Shown: positions 27,703 to 37,192, counted from the stretch's first letter. The stretch is DNA of 64,000 bases from an uncultured Acidimicrobiaceae bacterium (GCA_964571765.1 CAZNDH010000004.1:44170-108169); one strand, 5' to 3'. Made by a program: numbers and translations. Notes: a model not told the origin generated them from the sequence alone.

Positions 27703-29271
27703 TTGACCGACTCTCGCCGTGGTTTCTTGAAAGGTATCCGCAATCGAATCCGTCTCGCCTGGCTGGCGTGGGCGGCCCAGCAATACGCCCCATTCCTCGG
27801 GCTGGCCCTGGTGGCGGTGTTCCTCCTGGACTGGCTGACCTCCTTCGACCGACCCGTGGTTGTGGCCTCTATCCTCATCGCCGGATTCGTCGCCGCCCTG
27901 GTCATCGGCGCCATCTCCCTCCGCATCAGCGACTGGGATGCCTCGCGGGCTGCCGAGAGAGGTCTCGGCGCCCGCGACGTTCTCACCACGGCGCTCGAGT
28001 TCTCCGACCAGGACGATGAGCTCCATCACCTCATCCAACGGAAGGCTGATGAACTGGTGGCCAGGTCAAAGGTCGCCGAGGCCATTCCGATCCACAGCCA
28101 GCCACGGCGTATGCGACAGCTCGCCCTGGCCGCGGCGCTGGCTGCTGCCGTCGGTCTACTCCCTCCCTTGGGCTCCACACCAGCATTGTCGGCCGATCAC
28201 CGCACGCAATTGGAGACCGAGGCCGAAAAGGTGGAGAAGATCGCCGAGGCAGTTGAGGAGTCGGGTGTCGAGGGCGCCGAGGACCTCGCTGACCAGCTCC
28301 GTGACCTCGCCGAGGAGTTGCGACGTGTCGAGCGACTCGAAGATGCGTTGGCCGCCCTGGAGCGTGCCGATACCCGCCTGCAGGCACTGATCGATCCCCA
28401 GTTCCTCGCCCAGAAGGCCGCTGTTCAAGGCCTGGCCCAAGATCTGGCGCTCCGCCCCCTCACCCCGCAGGCATCACCCGATGCCGCCGCCCAGTTCGAG
28501 GATCTAGCCGAAGAGCTCGATCAGCTCAGCGACCCCGAGCGGGAGGCTCTCATCGACCGTCTCCGCGACCTGGCCGAATCCCAGGCCGCCGGCAACCCCA
28601 CCCTCTCCGATCAGCTCTCTCGGGCAGCCAACGCCCTCGCCCAGGGTGACCTTGTCGGCGCCTCGCGCTCTCTGCAGGACGCGGCCGCCGGCCAGCGGTC
28701 CGGTCTCAGCCAGGCACGGGGCCAGCAGGCCATCGCGGAGACGCAACGGGCCCTCGATGGAGTCCGAGCCCGGCTCGGGGGTCAGGGCCAGGGTGAGGGT
28801 CAAGGGCAAGGTCAGGGCGAAGGGCAAGGTCAGGGCGAAGGTCAGGGACAGGGTCAGGGCGGTCAGGGCGGTCAAGGTGGTCAGGCTGGGGGTGGAGGGT
28901 CTGGGCAGATCTCCGGCGTCGCCCCCGGCCAGGGGGGCGCCTCGGGCCAGGGGGGCCAGGGCTCGGTTGGACCGGGCACCGGGCAACATCACGGTACCGG
29001 CGTCGACACCGCCTCCATCTTCGACCCGATCGACCCGGGCTCGATGTCCGACCTGGTGCAGGTGGGCATCGATGGTGGCACCGGCGAAGGGGACATCATC
29101 GGAAGGGGTGATGCCCCGACCCAGCGTGGCGAGTCGATAGTGCCCTACGCCCAGGTTCTCCCTCATTATCTCAACGAGGCCGCCGACGCACTGGGCCAAC
29201 TTCGTCTCCCACCCTCGATGCGAGACATCGTCCGGAACTACTTCGACCAGTTGGCCAACGAGGCGCGATGA
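27703..29271 (+). CDS. membrane-anchored coiled-coil protein with a Gly-Gln-rich low-complexity region (first gene of the MoxR operon)
   Basis: Two TM segments, a long Ala/Glu/Leu-rich helical region, a GQGQGEGQ... tract, and a C-terminal VPYAQVLPHYLNEA...MRDIVRNYFDQL motif. TTG 27703 is preceded by GGAAGGAG (27691-27698). The maximal ORF starts at GTG 27577. The stop overlaps the MoxR start. Confidence 0.55.
   Translation: MTDSRRGFLKGIRNRIRLAWLAWAAQQYAPFLGLALVAVFLLDWLTSFDRPVVVASILIAGFVAALVIGAISLRISDWDASRAAERGLGARDVLTTALEFSDQDDELHHLIQRKADELVARSKVAEAIPIHSQPRRMRQLALAAALAAAVGLLPPLGSTPALSADHRTQLETEAEKVEKIAEAVEESGVEGAEDLADQLRDLAEELRRVERLEDALAALERADTRLQALIDPQFLAQKAAVQGLAQDLALRPLTPQASPDAAAQFEDLAEELDQLSDPEREALIDRLRDLAESQAAGNPTLSDQLSRAANALAQGDLVGASRSLQDAAAGQRSGLSQARGQQAIAETQRALDGVRARLGGQGQGEGQGQGQGEGQGQGEGQGQGQGGQGGQGGQAGGGGSGQISGVAPGQGGASGQGGQGSVGPGTGQHHGTGVDTASIFDPIDPGSMSDLVQVGIDGGTGEGDIIGRGDAPTQRGESIVPYAQVLPHYLNEAADALGQLRLPPSMRDIVRNYFDQLANEAR
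28777..28975 (+). repeat. in-frame GGN-CAG/GAG tandem repeat encoding (GQ/GE)n
   Basis: ggtcagggccagggtgagggtcaagggcaaggtcagggcgaa... read directly; it encodes GGQGQGEGQGQGQGEGQGQGEGQGQGQGGQGGQGGQAGGGGSGQ... Confidence 0.85.
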
Positions 29272-30278
29272 GTCTCACCCCGGGTGACCTGGAGCGTTAT
29301 GCCGAGACCGCCGCCGCATTGGAGTCTGCTGTTGGCCGACGGATCGCCGGTCAAGATGAGCTGATCCGCCAGACCCTGGTCGGGCTCCTCGCCGAAGGTC
29401 ACGTCCTGCTCGAGGGTGTTCCCGGGCTGGGCAAGACCGAACTGGTCAAAGCGTTCTCCGCGGCCATCGGGGTCGGATTCTCCCGGGTTCAGTTCACCCC
29501 GGACCTGATGCCCGCCGACATCGTCGGCACCCAGGTCCTCGAAGAAGACGACCAGGGGCACCGCCGGTTCCGTTATCGCCCGGGCCCGGTATTCACCAAC
29601 CTGCTGCTCGCCGACGAGATCAACCGGGCCACCCCCAAGACCCAGGCCGCCCTTCTCGAGGCGATGCAGGAGCGCCACGTCACCGTGGCCGGCGAGACGC
29701 GGGCCCTCCCCCGGCCCTTCTTGGTGCTGGCCACCCAGAATCCGATCGAGCTGGAAGGCACCTACCCTCTGCCCGAGGCACAGCTCGACAGGTTCATGTT
29801 CAAGGTGACGGTCAACCCGCCTACCGCCGAAGTTCTCGAGGAGATCCTGCGCCGGACCACAATCGGGGAGGCCCCCGAAGTGCCCAGGGTGGTCGACTCC
29901 GACACGATGACCTCGCTCATCGCCATCACCCCCCGGGTGCCAATGGCGTCCCACCTGCTCCGCTACGTCGCCACCATCGTCGAGGCCACCCACCCCGACG
30001 GGAACACCGCGGGACCTCCGGTCAAGCGGTACGTCCGCTGGGGTTCGTCACCCCGAGGCGCCCAGGCGATGGTGATGGCCGCCAAGGCAGCCGCCCTCAT
30101 CGAAGGCCGGCCCCACGTGACCGCGGAGGACATCCGCTGGGCAGCGCCTGCCGCCCTGCGTCACCGCTTGGTCCTAGGGTTCGAGGCAACCGCCGACGGG
30201 GTGCGCAGTGACAACATCGTCGACCAGGTGCTCGAGGCGACCCCTGAGCCCAAGGCGGAGATCCGGGGAGCCCCGTGA
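29268..30278 (+). CDS. moxR: MoxR-family AAA+ ATPase
   Basis: Walker A GVPGLGKTE, Walker B LLLADEINRA, then ATQNPIELEGTYPLPEAQLDRF. Confidence 0.9.
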   Translation: MSLTPGDLERYAETAAALESAVGRRIAGQDELIRQTLVGLLAEGHVLLEGVPGLGKTELVKAFSAAIGVGFSRVQFTPDLMPADIVGTQVLEEDDQGHRRFRYRPGPVFTNLLLADEINRATPKTQAALLEAMQERHVTVAGETRALPRPFLVLATQNPIELEGTYPLPEAQLDRFMFKVTVNPPTAEVLEEILRRTTIGEAPEVPRVVDSDTMTSLIAITPRVPMASHLLRYVATIVEATHPDGNTAGPPVKRYVRWGSSPRGAQAMVMAAKAAALIEGRPHVTAEDIRWAAPAALRHRLVLGFEATADGVRSDNIVDQVLEATPEPKAEIRGAP

Positions 30279-31132
30279 CCCTGCTCAGCCCGGCCCTGAT
30301 GGCTCGGCTGGAGAGCCTGCAGATCCACAACCGCCACCGGCTCGTCGGCCGCTTCGGAGGTGATCACGTCTCCAAGCGCTATGGCAATACGGTCGACTTC
30401 GCCGACTTCCGCGAGTACCACCCCGGAGACGACTTCCGACGCATCGACTACCACGTTCTGGCCCGGCTCGACCAGGTGCTGATCAAGCTCTACGAGGCCG
30501 ACGACGAGGTAACCGTTCGCCTCCTCATCGACACATCGGCGTCGATGTCGGTTGGTGGGAAGTTGGAGCAGGCCAAGCGGCTGGCGGCCGCCCTCGGCTT
30601 CGTCGCCCTCACCGCCCATGACTCGGTGACCCTGCACACTTTTCCCGCCCATGGGCCTGCTCCTCGCTTCGCCGGGCGGGCCTCGGTGCCCGGCTTCCTC
30701 ACCCACCTCGAGAGCCTGGAGCCAGAAGGCCCCACCCCATTCGCCGAAGCTGCCGCCCACCTCCTCGGCCAGTCCGCCCTCCCCGGTGTCACTGTGGTCC
30801 TCAGCGACCTTCTCACCCCGCAATGGCGCTCCCTGGTCCACCTCCGAGCGGCCGGGAGCGAGGTGATGGTGGTCCACATGGTGTGTGAGGACGACCTGGA
30901 CCCCGAGTACTCAGGCGACCTGGAGCTGGTCGACCGTGAAGATGGTCAGAGACTCACCGTCAGCGTCACCGACGAGGTGGCTCGCTCGTACCGGGAGCGG
31001 ATAGAGCGGTGGCGCCAGGAAGTGATCAGGGCTACCGGTGGGAGCGGCGGGCTCTACCTCCAGGTCGACGCCGAGGAAGACATCGAAGGCCTCCTGCTCC
31101 GCACCTGGCGCCGAGCCGGGGTGCTCCGATGA
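30275..31132 (+). CDS. DUF58 domain protein
   Basis: DFADFREYHPGDDFRRIDYHV motif and a degenerate vWA-like LLIDTSASM. 4-nt overlaps on both sides. Confidence 0.85.
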   Translation: MTLLSPALMARLESLQIHNRHRLVGRFGGDHVSKRYGNTVDFADFREYHPGDDFRRIDYHVLARLDQVLIKLYEADDEVTVRLLIDTSASMSVGGKLEQAKRLAAALGFVALTAHDSVTLHTFPAHGPAPRFAGRASVPGFLTHLESLEPEGPTPFAEAAAHLLGQSALPGVTVVLSDLLTPQWRSLVHLRAAGSEVMVVHMVCEDDLDPEYSGDLELVDREDGQRLTVSVTDEVARSYRERIERWRQEVIRATGGSGGLYLQVDAEEDIEGLLLRTWRRAGVLR

Positions 31133-34100
31133 CCCTCCTGCTCCCGGCGGGTCTGCTCGCCCTCGCCCTGGCCATACCGGTGCTCATCCTCCACATGCTC
31201 ACCCCGCGTCGGCCCCCAACCCCGGTCAGCTCACTTCTCCACTGGGACGGGTTGAGGCACGCCATCACCGCGGCCCAGCCCTGGCAGAAGCTCCGGCTCA
31301 GCCTGCTCCTGGCCCTCCAGCTGTTGGCGGTGGCTCTCTTCGCCCTCGCCCTGGCCCGACCAGCCACCCTGGAAGAGGCGGTCCTCGCCGACCACACGGT
31401 GTTCATCATCGACGCCTCCAGCTCGATGAGCGCCATCGACGGCTCCCCCGATCGGCTGGCTTCGGCGGTGCGCCAGGCGGTCGACATGCGAGCCGACCTC
31501 CCCGACAACGGCATGGCCAGCTTGGTGGTGGCCTCCTCCCGCCCCGCGGTGGTCGTCGAGCACAACGACGACCACGACGCCTTCGCCCGAGCCGCGGCGG
31601 GGATTCGCACCACCGGCTCAGCCGTCGACTACGAGGCGACCTTCGCCCTCGCTGAGTCCCTCGTCGTAGCCGACCGGCCCACCGGGTTCGTGCTCATCTC
31701 CGACGGCCAGCTCGACGAAGTGGAGCAGCGGCTGGCGCCCCTGGGCACCCGATATGTCCCCGTGGGTGCCACCGACACCAACCGGGCGATCACCGGGCTT
31801 TCGGTGACGGTAGGACCCGGGGGCCTGCAGGCCCGGGTCACCATCGAGTCCACTGGGGGACCCGACGCCACTCAGGTGCTCCGGCTCGACGTCGACGGGA
31901 CCACGGTGCTCACCCAGGAGCTGGAGATCCCCAGGGGGGCGGTCGTCGAGCGGGTCTTCGAGCTCCCTCTGGGCACCAGGGTGGCTGCCTACCTCGACGG
32001 AATGGACCTCCTCGCCGCCGACAACCAGCGATTCGCCGGCGCCCCGGTTCTGGGGACTCTCAAGGCTCGGGTGCACGGTGAGTCCCGGTTCTTCGTCGAT
32101 CAGCTTCTCTCCTCCATCCCCGGCGTCGATACCGAGGTCGCCCCGGGTGAGGAGGTCGACTTCGAGGTGTACGTCGGTGTGCCGGTCCCTGCCGAGCCTG
32201 CGGTGCCATTCATCGCCATCGACGTCCCCGGAGGCGTCCCCGGTGTGTTCCCTGTGGGAAGGGTGGACAACCCGGTGCCAACCCTGGTCTCCAACGATCC
32301 CATGCTCGATGACATCGACGTCTCTCGGATCGCCATCGCCAACGCCCAAGTCCTCCGGGTCGAGGGGGTGGCAGTGCTTCTCGGCGCCCCGGGCGCTCCG
32401 CTTCTCGTTTCCGGCGAGACGGACGGGGTCGCCTTCTACTACCTGGCTTTCACCCTGGAGCAGTCCAACTTCCCGGTGAACATCGCCTACCCCATCCTCG
32501 GTGCCCGCATGGTCGGTGCCCTGGCCACATCGCAGGGTGTGACTCCGTCACTCACCGTTGGCGACCCCATCCCGATGCGACCCGGCGACGTGGCAGTGAT
32601 CGACCCCAGGGGCAACCGCACCCGGATTTCCCTCGACGACTCCCGCCCCATCACCGATCAGGCGGGCTTCTGGGTGCTGGAGACCGCCGCAGGAGACCGG
32701 ATCGATATCGCGGTCAACCCAGACACCTCCGAGTCCCACCTCGCCCCGGCTTCTGATCTCCCCGAGATCCGGTCGGCGCCGCCAGGGACCGATGACGAGG
32801 CAGCAATGGCCACGGTGGCCCGCTCCATCCTCCCCTGGGTGATCGCCGCCCTGCTCGCAGTACTTGCCGCCGAGCTCTACGTCAGCTACCGGGCCCGTGG
32901 GGTGTCCCGGCGCCAGTGGCGCTGGGGGATGGCAGCCAGGTCGGCCATAGTCCTCCTCCTCGTCCTGGCCATGGTCGATCCCCCGATCACCACCACCTCC
33001 GATGACGTGACCACTGTGTTCGTCGTCGACGTGTCAGCATCGATGGGCGATTCGGAACGGTCGGCCCGGGCCTGGGTCGAAGCAGCAATCGCAGAGGCCG
33101 GGGGTAACCAGTGGGCGGTGGTCGAGTTTGGAGCCGATGCCCGGGTGGGGACCCCGGTGGGCACGACCGGCTATCGGCCGGCCCGCGGCGTCGATCGAGA
33201 AGCCTCCAACATCGCTCGAGGGCTACGGCTCGGCGAGTCGCTACTCACCGGGGCCACCCGCCAGAGGATCGTGCTGATCTCCGACGGCCGGGGCAACGCC
33301 GGCGACCTCCAGGCCGAGCTCGACCGCCTCAAGACACTGGGCATCGTGGTCGACGTTCACACCCTCGCCGGACAGACTCGCACCGACGCCGCGGTGGCCG
33401 CTATCGACGCTCCCAGCACGGTGAACGAGGGAGAGACCTTCACCGCAACCGTGGAGGTGCTCTCAACGATCACCGCCATCGCCGAGGTGGAGCTGTCCGA
33501 CGACAGTGGGGTGATCGGGTCGCGCCAAGTACAGGTGGAACCGGGCTCCAACCAGGTCGGCTTCCGGGTCGTCGCCGGATCTTCCGGGCTCCAGTACCTC
33601 ACCGGTCGGGTACGTATTGCCGGTGACGCCGTCGACGAGAACGATGTGACCCGGAGTGCGGTGGAGGTCAAGGGCCCGGCCAGCGTGATCGTGGTCGAAG
33701 GCCCCGAGGGAGCCGGACAGGTCCTCCAGGAGGTACTCGAAGCGACCGGGCTGGTGGTGGAGCGGGTCGGGGTGGGTGACATGCCCGGGCTCCAAGAGCT
33801 CTCGGTGCACCAAGCCGTGGTTCTGGTCGATGTGGCGGCCAGGGAGCTATCCGACGAGAAGGTGGCCACCCTGGGCAGCTACGTCCGCGACCTGGGCCGG
33901 GGCTTGGTGGTGGTGGGGGGCACCCATTCGTTCGGTCTTGGGGGTTATCGCGACACCGAGCTCGAAGCCCTGCTTCCCATCGACAGCGAAGCCATCGACG
34001 CCCAGCGCGAAGCCCAGGTGGCCGAGGTCCTCCTCATAGACACCAGCGAGTCGATGGGTGCTTGTCACTGCTCGGAATCGGGATCCGGCTCTGATTTCAT

Positions 34101-35496
34101 CGAGGGTGGGGTCCTCAAGACAGACATCGCCAAGGCCGGAGCGGTTCGGGCCATCGAAGCCTTGAGCGCCTCCGACGAGGTAGGGGTATTGGCCTTCAGT
34201 GGCAACAGTCGGTGGTTGATCCCTCTCCAACTGCTGCCCGACCGGACGACCGTGGAGCAGGGTGTCGGCTCGATCCGCCCCTTCGGCGAGACCAGGATCG
34301 TTCCCGCCCTTCGCCAGGCCGCCGATGCGCTGCGCTCTTCCAGCAAGGAGCTCAAGCACATCATCCTGTTCACCGATGGGTTCACATCGGAGCTCGATCT
34401 CGGGCCGGACTTCGGTGGAGGCGGCATCTTCGGCGACGATCTGGTCGCCGAGGTGGCCAAGCTGGCCGAGGAGGGGATCACCGTATCGGTGGTGGGCACT
34501 GGCGAGGGTGCCATCCCCGCCTTGGAGCAAGTGGCCATAGCCGGTCGGGGACGGTTCTATCCCGGCCGCGACCTGAACGAGATCCCCGAGATCTTCGTAA
34601 AGGAGGCACGTCTCGCCTCCCGGGCGTTCATCAACGAGGGCGAGTTCTATCCTGCGGTCACCTCGACCTCGGCGGCGGTACGGGACCTGGCCTCATCCCC
34701 TGCACTGCTCGGCTACGTGGCCGCCTCGGCAAAGCCCACTGCCGACCTCCAGTTGCAGGTCGGCGAGTTCGCCGACCCGCTGCTCGCCTCGTGGCGCATC
34801 GGCCTGGGCCAGGTCACCGCATGGACCAGTGACGGGGGCGACAAATGGGGAGCCCGTTGGGCGGAATGGGAAGGGTTCGCCGAATTCTGGTCGGCAGTAG
34901 TGCGAGACACCTTCCCGTTGAGCGGTGCAGACGGCCAACGGGTAGAGGCCCGGATCAGCGACGAGGTGCTCACCATCACTCTCGAGGGCGCCGAAGCCTG
35001 GGATGCCGGCATCAATCCAGTGGCCCGCATCAGCCTCCCCGAGGGGACTTCGACCGAGGTGCGGCTAGACAGAGTCTCGGACTTCGAGTATTCCGCCGCT
35101 GTCCCCGCCCGTCAGGGAGGCATCTACGCCGTTGGGGTCGGGTTCGACCGGGGGGACGGGAACAGCGCCATCCTCTCTGCCCTGGCCTCACGCTCATTCG
35201 CCGCCGAGTACCTGCCGGGAGCACCCGATCCCGACCTGATGGCTTCGATGTCCGCCACCACCGGGGGCAGGGGCGAGATAGTCGCCGCCCAGGCGTTCGA
35301 GCCCGAGGGGCTCGAAGCAGGTGTCAGTGCCCGCTCGTTCCGGTGGTGGTTCCTGCTGGCGGCGGCGTTGTCATGGCCGGTCGACGTCGCCCTTCGGCGA
35401 CTGCGTATCTCCTGGAGAGAGCGCTCAGCCCGGCCAGCGAAATCACTATGGCGCCGATCCACACCCACCAAACCATCGGCCGCAGGAACACGCTGA
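31129..35496 (+). CDS. giant BatA-N / multi-vWA / GATase1-like membrane protein
   Basis: N-terminus LLLPAGLLALALAIPVLILHMLTPRRPPTPVSSLLHW (BatA-N pattern). Three vWA MIDAS-like motifs (IIDASSSMS, VVDVSASMG, LIDTSESMG). A GATase1-like block VVLVDVAARELS...GLVVVGGTHSFGLGGY. Internal and C-terminal TM segments. ATG 31129 overlaps the DUF58 stop. Confidence 0.8.
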   Translation: MTLLLPAGLLALALAIPVLILHMLTPRRPPTPVSSLLHWDGLRHAITAAQPWQKLRLSLLLALQLLAVALFALALARPATLEEAVLADHTVFIIDASSSMSAIDGSPDRLASAVRQAVDMRADLPDNGMASLVVASSRPAVVVEHNDDHDAFARAAAGIRTTGSAVDYEATFALAESLVVADRPTGFVLISDGQLDEVEQRLAPLGTRYVPVGATDTNRAITGLSVTVGPGGLQARVTIESTGGPDATQVLRLDVDGTTVLTQELEIPRGAVVERVFELPLGTRVAAYLDGMDLLAADNQRFAGAPVLGTLKARVHGESRFFVDQLLSSIPGVDTEVAPGEEVDFEVYVGVPVPAEPAVPFIAIDVPGGVPGVFPVGRVDNPVPTLVSNDPMLDDIDVSRIAIANAQVLRVEGVAVLLGAPGAPLLVSGETDGVAFYYLAFTLEQSNFPVNIAYPILGARMVGALATSQGVTPSLTVGDPIPMRPGDVAVIDPRGNRTRISLDDSRPITDQAGFWVLETAAGDRIDIAVNPDTSESHLAPASDLPEIRSAPPGTDDEAAMATVARSILPWVIAALLAVLAAELYVSYRARGVSRRQWRWGMAARSAIVLLLVLAMVDPPITTTSDDVTTVFVVDVSASMGDSERSARAWVEAAIAEAGGNQWAVVEFGADARVGTPVGTTGYRPARGVDREASNIARGLRLGESLLTGATRQRIVLISDGRGNAGDLQAELDRLKTLGIVVDVHTLAGQTRTDAAVAAIDAPSTVNEGETFTATVEVLSTITAIAEVELSDDSGVIGSRQVQVEPGSNQVGFRVVAGSSGLQYLTGRVRIAGDAVDENDVTRSAVEVKGPASVIVVEGPEGAGQVLQEVLEATGLVVERVGVGDMPGLQELSVHQAVVLVDVAARELSDEKVATLGSYVRDLGRGLVVVGGTHSFGLGGYRDTELEALLPIDSEAIDAQREAQVAEVLLIDTSESMGACHCSESGSGSDFIEGGVLKTDIAKAGAVRAIEALSASDEVGVLAFSGNSRWLIPLQLLPDRTTVEQGVGSIRPFGETRIVPALRQAADALRSSSKELKHIILFTDGFTSELDLGPDFGGGGIFGDDLVAEVAKLAEEGITVSVVGTGEGAIPALEQVAIAGRGRFYPGRDLNEIPEIFVKEARLASRAFINEGEFYPAVTSTSAAVRDLASSPALLGYVAASAKPTADLQLQVGEFADPLLASWRIGLGQVTAWTSDGGDKWGARWAEWEGFAEFWSAVVRDTFPLSGADGQRVEARISDEVLTITLEGAEAWDAGINPVARISLPEGTSTEVRLDRVSDFEYSAAVPARQGGIYAVGVGFDRGDGNSAILSALASRSFAAEYLPGAPDPDLMASMSATTGGRGEIVAAQAFEPEGLEAGVSARSFRWWFLLAAALSWPVDVALRRLRISWRERSARPAKSLWRRSTPTKPSAAGTR

Positions 35497-37192
35497 CGTC
35501 GAAACCGGCGAGTTCGGGGGAGACCACCGAAACCGCGACCATCAGGTCGGAGACCGCGGTCGACCTGAGCGCCGGCTCCGCCACCGGAAGCCTCTGATCC
35601 TCATAGGCGCGGATCTGGGGCCGCATCTCGGTGCTGGCATCGATGAGGAACAAGCCTTCCACGTAGATGTACCGATCGGCTTCACCGGTGGTCACCGAGA
35701 CCAACTCGACGGTGTGGGTGCCCACCTCGATGGTGTCTCCAATCGACATCGCCCCCACGTACTCGTCACCGAGGGAGCTGGCCCCGGCACCCACCAGGAC
35801 CATCGCCAGTCCAAGGTGGGCCAATCGCCCCGGGCCCGGCCACCGGCGCCGGCGCACCCCTTGCACCGTCAGCGCGGCCAAAGCTCCCGCAGCCAGGATG
35901 GTCAAGGCCACCCCGCCAGGAGGGACCTGTGCTCCGAGGATCATCGCCAGAGCGCCCGCAGTCAGCGCTGTCCCGCCGTAGACCACCACGTCGGCTGGTC
36001 GCAGCCGGGGACTGCTCCAGGTGGTCTCCAGGGCAAACCCCACGAGGACCGCGATCACCAGGGTCACAGGGAGCACGGTGGTGACGAAGAACCTGGAATC
36101 GACCCCCACCGTGTCCCCGGTGAACACCTGGATGTAGGCCGGGTAGGCCGACCCAACCAGCACGAACACCAGTACCAGACCGGTCAACACCGCGCTGGCA
36201 CCGAGCCAGCTGTCCCTTCCCGCCCCGAGCTCCTCCCACCGCCTCCCCGGCGTGGAGCGGAACGTGAGACCTACCACAATGAGGGCTGTCACCAGCGCCG
36301 CGATGAGGAGAGTCCTCCCCACCACCGGGTCCTCGGCGAAGGAGTGGATCGACCCGGTCACCCCTGACCGGGTGAGATAGACCCCGAGCACTGCAAGGGC
36401 GAAGGGGAACATGGCGAAGAAGGCCGTCCATCGGGCGAGACGCCCGTCCCTCTCCAGGATCCGGGAGGTGTGAAGGAACACGGTGGCGGCAAGCCAGGGC
36501 ATCAGCGCGGTGTTCTCCACGGGGTCCCACGCCCAGTACCCCCCCCAACCCAACTCGACGTAGGCCCAGTTGGCCCCGGCCACCATCCCCACGGTGAGCA
36601 GGGTCCAGGAGATCGCCAGCCAGTGCCGGGTGTCGGCCACCCAGCGGTTCCCCAGGCTCCGGGCCAACACCGCGCCCGTGGTGAATGCGAATGGGACCAC
36701 GAGCGTGGTCAGACCCAGGTAGAGGATGGGCGGGTGGTAGACCATCGCCGGGTGCTGGAGGATGGCGAGGAGGCCCTGGCCATCGACCGCCGGGACGTCG
36801 AGCACCCTGAAGGGGTTGGAGGAGAGTGCGGTGAGAAGGAGCAGCCCCAACCCGATGGTCGCCACCACCACATGCTCCACCCGGCGGCGTCCCTTCACAC
36901 CCCGCAAGCCCACCCCCAGCGTCAGGGTGGCATAGAACAAGAGCGATCCTTCCATGCCGCCCCACAGGGCCGCCAACCGATAGGGCCAGGGGGTGGCCCG
37001 GCTTGTGGTCCGAGCGACGTACTCCAGGGAGAAGTCGTTGGTGAACAGGGAGTAGGTGAGCGCCGCGGTGCTCACCACTGCGAGGCCCAGGGCAAGGCGA
37101 AGGGGAGCACGAGGACGCCGGCTGATCAGGGTGAGGACACAGGCGCCCACCGACCCCCACAGGGCCATTGAACCTATCTGGGCAGGCTCCAC
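35324..37192 (-). CDS. ccmF: cytochrome c-type biogenesis heme lyase subunit CcmF/NrfE family
   Basis: 622 aa, polytopic, with WWD motif WAYVELGWGGYWAWDPVENTALMPW. The GTG start is preceded by TAGCCT (37199-37204, minus strand) plus 6 nt. Confidence 0.8.
   Translation of the reverse strand: MEPAQIGSMALWGSVGACVLTLISRRPRAPLRLALGLAVVSTAALTYSLFTNDFSLEYVARTTSRATPWPYRLAALWGGMEGSLLFYATLTLGVGLRGVKGRRRVEHVVVATIGLGLLLLTALSSNPFRVLDVPAVDGQGLLAILQHPAMVYHPPILYLGLTTLVVPFAFTTGAVLARSLGNRWVADTRHWLAISWTLLTVGMVAGANWAYVELGWGGYWAWDPVENTALMPWLAATVFLHTSRILERDGRLARWTAFFAMFPFALAVLGVYLTRSGVTGSIHSFAEDPVVGRTLLIAALVTALIVVGLTFRSTPGRRWEELGAGRDSWLGASAVLTGLVLVFVLVGSAYPAYIQVFTGDTVGVDSRFFVTTVLPVTLVIAVLVGFALETTWSSPRLRPADVVVYGGTALTAGALAMILGAQVPPGGVALTILAAGALAALTVQGVRRRRWPGPGRLAHLGLAMVLVGAGASSLGDEYVGAMSIGDTIEVGTHTVELVSVTTGEADRYIYVEGLFLIDASTEMRPQIRAYEDQRLPVAEPALRSTAVSDLMVAVSVVSPELAGFDVSVFLRPMVWWVWIGAIVISLAGLSALSRRYAVAEGRRRPAMTTPPPAGTTTGTSGH

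Noticed and set aside
28777-28975. Short tandem repeats that could be taken for a CRISPR-like or non-coding minisatellite array.
   Set aside because: The units are 6 nt, contiguous and without spacers, and lie in frame inside a long ORF (a GQ/GE tract). No cas genes are present.
31009-31128. Longer upstream starts offered by the ORF track for several genes: 31009 (vWA giant), 4094, 23612, 53243, 55548, 60368 (pnp), 4178 (LuxR), 12153 and 10368 (RR).
   Set aside because: The extra N-terminal residues are Arg/Pro/Gly-rich, overlap the preceding gene or a LexA box, and lack SD or -10 support. The internal starts have 4-nt coupling overlaps, SD sequences or TANNNT-N6/7 signatures.
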